Shown here: positions 55,697 through 64,000 of the stretch, in pieces | Numbering within the stretch: position 1 is the stretch's first letter | Layout: each line of letters starts with the position of its first letter | Source of the DNA: Tubulanus polymorphus | Taxonomy: Eukaryota; Animalia; Nemertea | Direction: 5' to 3' | DNA length: 64,000 nucleotides | Assembly (NCBI RefSeq): GCF_964204645.1 | Contig: NC_134026.1 | Span: 13,390,050-13,454,049 of the forward strand | Program-made: the position numbers and the translations under genes | Notes under the pieces: generated by a model | Told to the model about the DNA's origin: nothing | What the model saw: only the letters and a program-made list of their open reading frames with translations | Database searches by the model: none

Positions 55697-58600
55697 CGGT
55701 TCCTGAACTTCGCTGAAAAAGCTGAAACACTGAAACGCTGAATCGCTGAAATAAAAACGCTGAAATTTCAGGGAATTTCCGAAAAACGCCGAAATTTCAG
55801 GGAATTCCCGAAAAACGCTGAAATCGTGCTAGGTACCGACAATACTCGTTTTGAAATATTTTCCGGGCCGGTGTCCGCTGCCGAGTCCTGAACCGTGTTT
55901 TGCATGGGCAGTATGTGTGGAGTATACTTCTAGAGGGCCACTTGTTGGACAAATTAATTCGCTTGAAATCCGGATTTTTAATGCATACAGGCAGCATGAT
56001 GAGGAAAACCCATTCACAAACCGTGCAAGCCAACTTAAACACTATGCTCAATATTCCAAGAATATGGTTTACTTCTGCAAGACGTAACGTTCATTCATGT
56101 ATAAAACAGGATTATGAGCAACTTTTCTTTTGTCAACACGTTGATGGGCGACGGACTATGGTATTCTCTGAAGGAGGTAAATTAAATTTGACAGCTAGTT
56201 ATATAAATGATGCAGCTTTTGGACAAAAGGGATCTAACTAAATTTCTTTTTTATTCACCGTGGAATGGAATGGATTGACGCCAATGACATGCAGTAGGCC
56301 CCTACTTATAGGTCATACCAATTAGCGTCAACCAATTAATCTAAATCGGGCAAACCATTCAACACCTGTAATTTATTTGCTGTGGTGTGATAATAATAAG
56401 TTTTTTTTTGAAAAAATGACATACCAACTGTTAGAAAAATTTACCGATTCTTATTTTTAGACTACTACGGTAATACCGATATAGATAATCTATAAAAGGA
56501 GGAGTCATAGACAAAGTTGATTTGCCTAGCTGGACACACTTCTTGTCCAGTTCATCATCTCAAGTATTGGGTGTTTTGTAAGTTGTTTCAGTATTTATTT
56601 ACAAAGTGCTGTTCCCTCGGACCTCAGTGCTTTCAAACTAGGCCCACCCCATAGGCTATATCTCCAGGGTGTATTAGCCACTACTCTTTTATTTCCTACT
56701 TTAAATGCACTTTTTTCAATTTTTAGACTCGGGCTAAGAATGTGCAAATTTGAGATACTGAGAAATCAGATAGCACTAGTTAACTTCAACTGCGAAATTT
56801 ACAGCAGGATAGCTGAACGACACAATTTTTAAAAACAAAATGGCTATTTGAATGCTATTTCAGTAATAACTTGATTCAACCAGAGAGAAATAAGTCAATT
56901 GCGGATGTACAGTACACCCACTTTACTTATCCGTTTTCCTGGTACCAAATTTGTTATCTTAAGCTAAGCAATATTCTTAGGTATGCTAGTGAATTTCATT
57001 AGAATATGAAGCAATGGAACCAGAATTCAAGCCCGAGTTAAGCGAACTATTGATTCTGATATAATGTAAGAACTGATTTCTTTTGTGTACTCTTGCAGAA
57101 TGTGTTAAGTATTATTTTAAGCTGTTAAATGATATAGTTAGACAAACGTCCAATTATTGGATCTTTCTTGTTGACTCGTTTAATTTTGTGAGTTTAGAGT
57201 TCCAGTCAATCCACAATGTGTAGTGCCTAGCCTTCATCTAGTACTCAAGCCAAGCCTGTGTATGGGAAAACGTTGTTCGACTCTCATAAGCCAGACAAAT
57301 CAAAGCATGCAATACATTGCAGATAGTAGTATCCAGCAAGTAGACAGAGAAAGTAAACCAGGTTTTACCCTGTACCCTACCCGGCATCTTCACCTGTCAA
57401 GGGATTCGAACCCACTACACTAAAGCTGTTCTCCGAACCGCTTGACCTCACGAGTCGTTACTAGCCGACCAGAATCAGGTCGGGCCAATCACAGCGCTTG
57501 TTACAAATGACATTGGGCATCTGTGGAATTTCCCGGTAAATGGACCAATCAGCGAACACGTAGCGAAGGGGAAGTATTGTCGCGTGTTGATATATGACGT
57601 CATGCTCAAAAGCGCCGGTAATGAAATCGCGCGTCGTGAGGCCAGGGGGCTGCTGGAAGCGAGTTTGGGAGCAATACTGGTCTCCTGGCAAGCGAGGATG
57701 CCTACCCGGGAACGAAAGACACTTCAATACTCCTTTCTTGTAGAGATTGTAGAAATATGGCACCCAATCGTAGTAATGCTAAGTACCAGTATACTATGAC
57801 GGTTGAACCTTTATTCACACCGAAATAGAATCAAAGTAGTCATAAGTTCCATGCTAGCACTTAATTTGGGTTATCAGGTTCAGCCTAACTAGCTGTACTT
57901 TCATTCAGCTACTACTTTTGTATGAGAATTGGCAATGATAAGTTGCAAGAAATCACCAAACATAAGAAAAAATATTGAGAATTAATATTACTGTAATTAA
58001 GAATTTATTCAAATGAAGTGATAATTTCATTGTTAGATCGTACCGGTATATGCGCATAAAACAAAAAACACATCTAACAATCCACGCAATCCGCAATGCA
58101 AAAACCGTAAAGTTTCCCAAGTCTCTGTTTATAACGCATGCGCATTAGGAAGTGTTGGGGAAATCCTCTAAGTCTAGAAACTGGTCGCGTGCGCATGCGT
58201 CGCTACATGTGTATTTTTTCCTAAACTGGGTCATGTCAGAACGCTGAAACATAGAACTATAACGGACTGAACTTGCGTGAACTTATGCGCAGCGGGAAGG
58301 CGCAGTTTGTTTGGTCACTTACGAGGATCATTTGTATTTTTTGGAATGACAGGTGTTCAAGTGGTCTTGCCATAAGCTGAAAATCTAAGATATATATCGG
58401 TATATTAAAAAGGATGAATGTATTTTTCTGCTACACATTCGGGATTCGAACCTAATAGCACTTAAAAGTAAATCCTGTCTATTTTATGTTCATTGTTTCA
58501 TATTCGGGATGCTGTAACTTTTTCCTTGGCAAACAATAACCCAGCGACACTTTAATCATCAAAGTTCATGTCGTAACGCTTGAAATACGATCAGTAATTT

Positions 58601-59110
58601 TCGGATTTCGAACCTGATAGCGCCGCTTAAGATGAACAGCGTAAATAAGATCAATATTTTTACGGGATTCGAACCTAATGGAAACTACAGTGACTATTAG
58701 TCATTAAAGTTCACATGCAGTTCACATGTAGTGCCGCATGCGCAATGTGCCGATTTCGCGACTAAGAGCAATTCCAGCACTGACTAATGCGCATGCGTTA
58801 GGTAGAAACGGAGACTTGGGAAACTTAACGGTTTTTGCATCCGCAATCGATCAAGTCGAACATGACGACGACCTCAAGGCATGTCTCTGTAACCGAAGGT
58901 AGAGACTAAAACGGTTCAGGACTCGGCAGCGGACACCGGCCCTGAAAGAATTTCAAAACGTGTATTGTCGGTACCTAGCACGATTTCAGCGTTTTTCGGG
59001 AATTCCCTGAAATTTCGGCGTTTTTCGGAAATTCCCTGAAATTTCAGCATTTTTATTTCAGCGTTTCAGCTTTTCAGTGTTTCAGCTTTTTCAGCGAAGT
59101 TCAGGAACCG
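55697..59110. mobile_element. Non-autonomous long-TIR element (MULE/foldback-like)
   Basis: ~200-bp TIRs begin CGGTTCCTGAACTTCGCTGAAAAAGC and are rich in GCTGAAA repeats. Flanks CTTGCTGGAC/CTTACCGGAC match at 8 of 10. Confidence 0.88.
58098..58838. mobile_element. MULE-like MITE nested in the long-TIR element
   Basis: ~50-bp TIRs GCAAAAACCGT(A/T)AAGTTTCCCAAGTCTC; perfect 9-bp TSD ATCCGCAAT. Confidence 0.88.
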
Positions 59111-59699
59111 CTTACCGGACGTCAGACTTTAAACGCTGTAAAAAATCACGAATACATTATCCGCGAGCGACGTACAGTAATCTGTGTATTTCTAGATATT
59201 TCTTCGTTTGTGTATCAAAAGGAAACTTCTTTTAATATGCCTTGAGTTTAGTCAGGTTAAACCTCTGCTATTGCAGATGTGGAGCCGATGAATCTGATAA
59301 AAATGAACAAGGGTCATCATCAGTCGAATCCCCAAGTACTGCTAGTGCTGCAGCGTTTATGCCTACCGCTGATCCCCGAGCAACAATGAGACGAGTATTG
59401 AATGTATTAATTCCACTCTAACCAATGCTGATGGTAATTTTAGTGTTTTTCGTTGAAGAAATGATTTGGTTACTAGAAAATGGACTCGTATTTTGAAACG
59501 TAGATAAACGTTGAATTGCAAGAAATTGGAATTTTTGAAATTTTACATTTCCTAGAAAAACCCGTGGTTATTTTCAGAAATTCCTATTCAAGATATTGGA
59601 TCTATAGCGGCTCTAAGCGATTATGAAAGGCTTGCAATGAATACTGGCTTGAAATACAAGTTGCTGACCAATTCCATCGCCCCTGAAAACGATGATTTG

Positions 59700-62266
59700 T
59701 TCCTTAAAGTTTAAGTAAAGGTTGGGGATATTATAAAAACCTTGTCATGGCAAAGAAAATGGTTTGATACTTTTAAGTGGTTGGCATACTCGACAGTAAA
59801 AGGGGGTGGTTCTTGCAAATATTGCGTCCTATTTGCAACATCGGAAAGTTACAAAAATATGAAACGAGGAGTATTAGTCGTAACCCCGTTTACAAAAATA
59901 AAATGTGCCATTGGAAAAAAGATGGAGTTCTTACATGTCATGACAGGGCAGACTACCATATTATGGCAAAAGAGGCAGTCGAAAATATTCTGCACAACCA
60001 TGAATAGCCAGAGCATCGAGTTGATAATCTTATGTGTGATGGAAACATCTTCGAAAAAAATGAAAACGTTTTGAAATCCCTCATTAATTGGACTGGTCTA
60101 TCTTGGTAGACATAACATTCCAATAAGAGGACATCGCGATGATGCCCTTAAGCCCTCACCATCGAAGGGAAATTATATTGATTAGTTAGATCTACTGTCA
60201 GTTCATTATGAAGATCTTCGAAACCATCTTACCAACTGCAAGAAAAATGGCCATTACACGTCAAAAACAATACAAAATCGAATAATAGGGATCGTTCGTG
60301 GCCAAATTGCTAAAAACATAACTAGCGATATTGAAAGAATTAAGTGGTTTTCTGTGATTGCAGACGAAGTGACTGACAGTAGGCCTATAAGTAACAAGGG
60401 GTATATCACCGTCTGTGTCAGATATGTAAAAGTAGTAGAATCTATTGGACCAAGAATTAATGAGAGATTTCTTGAATTTGGTGAGCTAAAAGAGTGACGG
60501 GGGAGGCTTTGGCATCACGTATTATAGTCATCTTATAGAAACTTGACCTGAAAATCGAAAACATTAGAGGTCAAGCATACGACCCTACTTCACGCATGTC
60601 ATCCGCGAACGTCGGCGTCCAAGCCCGAATTAAAGAGGTTTCTCCAAATGCTCCCTGTAATTCACACCTGCTGAACCTTACTATCGCGAGCTCGACTAAC
60701 ATTCCAGAAATAAAGAATGTGATATCTGTTGTAAACTCGTGTTTTCAGTTTTTTGACAACTCTCAAAAGAGGAATGCGTTTTTATTCGATGTAATTGCCG
60801 TACACGCTCCTGAAACGAAACATCGAAAATTGCTTGGTCTTTGCAAGACTCGCTGGGTGGAGCGTCATACTGCCTTAGCAACATTTCATGAATTGTACAC
60901 GTGTATTGTTGTTTGCTTCGAGGCTATCCTGTTTCCTGCAACTCATCAAGAGATTAAGGAAGTTGATTCTTGTAAATGGGATTCGGAAACCAGAACAAAA
61001 GCACAGGGGCTATATGGAAGTTTGAAGAGCTTTCCTAACATGGTAGCCTTCGTCATGTTGAAGAATTGTATTGATCCAATGAGAGGCCTTGCGGCAAAGT
61101 TACAGAAGCGTGATATCGATATAGTTCACGCTTATAACATGATACAGGACGTGCAAAGCAATTTAAATGAAATACGTGACAACATCAATGAAAGGTTTAC
61201 GGAAGTGGTACTCGTCTTGTTTGCAACTTGCTGATGATGTTGGCACTGTTGAATCAAAGCCTCGGACTGCCGGACGCCAAACGCTCAGGACCAACGTACC
61301 GGGGGACTCAATATCTTCGTATTGGTGCCCCTCCATAGCTATACCACTGATTGACCAAATGCTTGCCCAAATGCAGAGCCGGTTTTCACCACAAGACACA
61401 TCAATGACAAGTAACTTATTCAAGTTAGTCCCTTCGTACATTGCTACTGCTGCTGGCGTTACTGACATCACTGATGGATTGAAAATGTACTCAAATGATA
61501 CACCAGATATAGGTTCATTAAAAGTAAGTTTCGTGTGGTCATTACGGTGAGAGCAATAAATGGTTCGGGCAATTTTGAGCCGAGCCATACCAAATCTGTA
61601 CCCGGGCAACATTTTACATCTTCCCTATACTACAGTAGCTGCATTAACTTCGTCGGATGCATGGAATATTTCTGGCCTCAATTTCTGGATTATGGGTATA
61701 ATTTCATTTCACTTTTCAGAATGAATTTGATGCTTGGTATCGAAAATGGAAAAATGCTGATAGCGTTGGCAGACCTGTTTCGTTAACTGCTGCACTTGTT
61801 AACGCAGATGAAGACTTCTATCCAAATATCCGAGAGTTATTGATAATAGGTAAATAGAAAATACAAATAAGGTGATGCTTTATCCTCCAAAAATAAGAAA
61901 TGAATGATGAACAAACACTATAAATATATTTCCAGGGTGTACATTACCAGTTGGATCGTGTGAGGCAGAAAGATCGTTCTCCTACTTACGTCGATTGAAG
62001 CGTTTTCTTCGAAGTACAATGGGCGAAGAAAGACTGTCATCACTGGCACTCATGGCTGTCCATCCTGACATTCCAGTAGGTTTATACTCTTTGGGATTCA
62101 ATTCAAATGAATTTTAATATTCAAATATCATAACATTTCAGTTTAGGCTACATTAAACCCAAGTCACTTGGCTCGTTTTTTTCAGGTCAATGTACAATAA
62201 ATAATTGCGGAGTTTAAAGCCCAACACCCACGACGACTTTCCGACAATTGTTTGCTTGATAAATAA
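59700..62266 (+). pseudogene. hAT transposase (TTF-type Zn finger, DUF4371-like region, hAT dimerisation domain) with 3' introns
   Basis: WFDTFKWLAYS..CKYC, RGHRDD, FSVIADEVTD, CNSHLLNL, CKTRWVERH and SCEAERSFSYLRRLKRFLRSTMGEERLSSLALM. Confidence 0.9.
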
Positions 62267-62329
62267 TAATTAATATCAAAATAACATTCATATTGTTGTT
62301 CTAAGCGGAAAGTGGATCGTATGAGTTTC

Positions 62330-62535
62330 AACTAGATGCAAGTTACGATGATAGTTCAAACGCACAGTTTGATGACAGCAACCTGGATTTTGAACAGCTG
62401 ACTCTCTACAGGGTGAGTAATAATAAACTGTCGAGTTGTCGAGTTGTAGTAATCAGTGGAAAGTCATCTTTACACAATATGGAAAAGTGACATTCAAAAT
62501 TGATACAGGAGCGGAAGCGAATGCGATATCACATA
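62330..62535 (+). pseudogene. Gypsy aspartic protease remnant
   Basis: VTFKIDTGAEANAIS at ~62487-62531. Confidence 0.7.
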
Positions 62536-62579
62536 GGCTAAATGCAATCAGTCAATGGAAATTTTGAACTAAAATTTTG

Positions 62580-62695
<116 letters not shown>

Positions 62696-62969
62696 ATTTC
62701 AAAATTTTAGATTCAGTACGAAATCATACCAGAAGCTTCTGAGATAATATCAAATGAATATATACCGCGAACTCATAAATTTATATTGACATTTTGTAGA
62801 GAAATCGTGATTTTATATCCCGTATCTCGTATCTGGTATCTCGTATCAGGTATTATGTCACATGCCTAGAAAGAGCGATTGATGCCCTCCGTTGTCCCTT
62901 CCGAGCCTCAGAGTTCTGTTGCTGAGGACTTCTTTACATATAAGGGTCGCAATTACTTGATAATAACTG

Positions 62970-63185
62970 GCCAATGTAATTTATGAATTCAAATGTTTGC
63001 GTGATGCAAATAACACATACATTGGTAAAACAATGCGACATTTTGCCACAAGGGTAAAGGAGCGTGGAACTTCGCCTTCAGCAATTAAGGAACATTTAAC
63101 ATCATGTAAAAAATTGTGCATCAAATTTTTCTTGATTCTGGAGAAAATGACTTTGAAATCACCATCAAAGAGGCATATATACGCA
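62970..63185 (+). pseudogene. Penelope-like GIY-YIG endonuclease remnant
   Basis: ANVIYEFKCLRDANNTYIGKTMRHFATRVKE, homologous to the C-terminus of the Penelope ORF ending at 39429. Confidence 0.8.
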
Positions 63186-64000
63186 GAACGAACGGTATTT
63201 ACTGCGACACATTATAGGGATATTAATACATGTATTGAAACGTCATTTTACTGATGCTTAATACCAGTTTTTCCCGTCATCAAGTTACATGTTTCAAACA
63301 GATTGGTGGTCCGAGGGAGTCACAATATTCATTCTAAGCCCGGGCTACAATTTAGTTAAAAAGATGTGTTCGCCATCTAACAGTAAAGTACCATACTATG
63401 CTTCTGTAGTAGTACTATAGTAATTTACTGACCCGACCGACTTGAGATACACAACGAGGCACCAGAACGGTACATGACACAGTTCTCTCAACACTGATTT
63501 GTGTCTCAGTTGTTTAAAAACATTGGTTAAGACATTCATCACACGTAATCTTTGGATCAAAATTAATATGATTGGACTTGGCGATATGTTCTGACCGTGT
63601 TGCCTGCCCATACGCTGCGGCTCAGAATGGTTCTTGAAGGGGGACAGGCCCATTGCGCAGTTTTTCAGAATGGTTCCATACCACAGATAGGTTACTGGCT
63701 GATAGGGAGGCCCAAACGCAGCCTCTCGGAATGGCTCTGGGGCTGCCGATGCGTGCGTTCGTGGTAAATTTCAAATACATGTAGTACATACGGATTCTGG
63801 GGAAGGGTAAACAAATATAAAACTTTGTACGGGGAGTGGGTCAAAACAAAATGTACTACTATTCTGACAGGAGCTGTCTTAAGAAAATGTATGTATATAT
63901 GAGAGATATCAAAAAATAATGTCAAACAGTAATATAAAATACAGAATCCTAATATCATCGTCGAGCGACTATCTCGGCAATTTCCAATTAATAGTCCCTC

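Larger units (their letters stand above)
55041..62290 (+). mobile_element. hAT transposon: left end seen, right TIR not found
   Basis: The CAGGGGCGGATCTAGGGGG terminus interrupts the Gypsy gag. A hAT transposase lies downstream and Gypsy sequence resumes after ~62300. Confidence 0.65.

Noticed and set aside
57381-57466. tRNA-like segment on the minus strand (GGTTCGAATCC)
   Set aside because: It lacks convincing acceptor and anticodon stems; at most a decayed SINE head.
58440-58680. Repeated CGGGATTCGAACCTA (B-box-like) motifs as tRNA genes
   Set aside because: No cloverleaf could be built; they are internal repeats of a MITE.
63396-63958. Minus-strand ORFs as upstream exons of the cysteine-repeat gene
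   Set aside because: No cysteine repeat pattern and no convincing phase-1 splice pair.

Overview
AT-rich, repeat-dense animal (probably invertebrate) genomic DNA. The main feature is an 18.5-kb Polinton/Maverick-type endogenous dsDNA virus at 27703-46247, with ~343-bp TIRs and a perfect 6-bp TSD (AGTAGC). It encodes a protein-primed DNA polymerase B, an rve integrase with chromodomain, an A32-like packaging ATPase, major and minor capsid proteins, several membrane proteins and a poxvirus VLTF3-like late transcription factor. Two features stand out. First, its polymerase carries a 355-codon LAGLIDADG intein in the catalytic YxD|TD motif, of the giant-virus PolB type. Second, 12 of 13 intact gene starts read TAAATG, the poxvirus late initiator, usually after a T-tract. 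Together these suggest a virophage-like link to a nucleocytoplasmic large DNA virus (inference). A 5'-truncated Penelope-like retroelement with a minimal hammerhead ribozyme interrupts the element. Decayed sister Polinton pieces lie at ~224-488 and 13505-19526, the latter with the same intein. Everything from 4274 to 47969 sits inside two 20-23-kb introns of a minus-strand host gene built from symmetric phase-1 cysteine-repeat exons. The rest is nested transposon debris: Harbinger, hAT, Gypsy, a CR1/L2-like LINE, MULE-like MITEs and a solo LTR. All calls come from reading motifs by eye; no database search was run.
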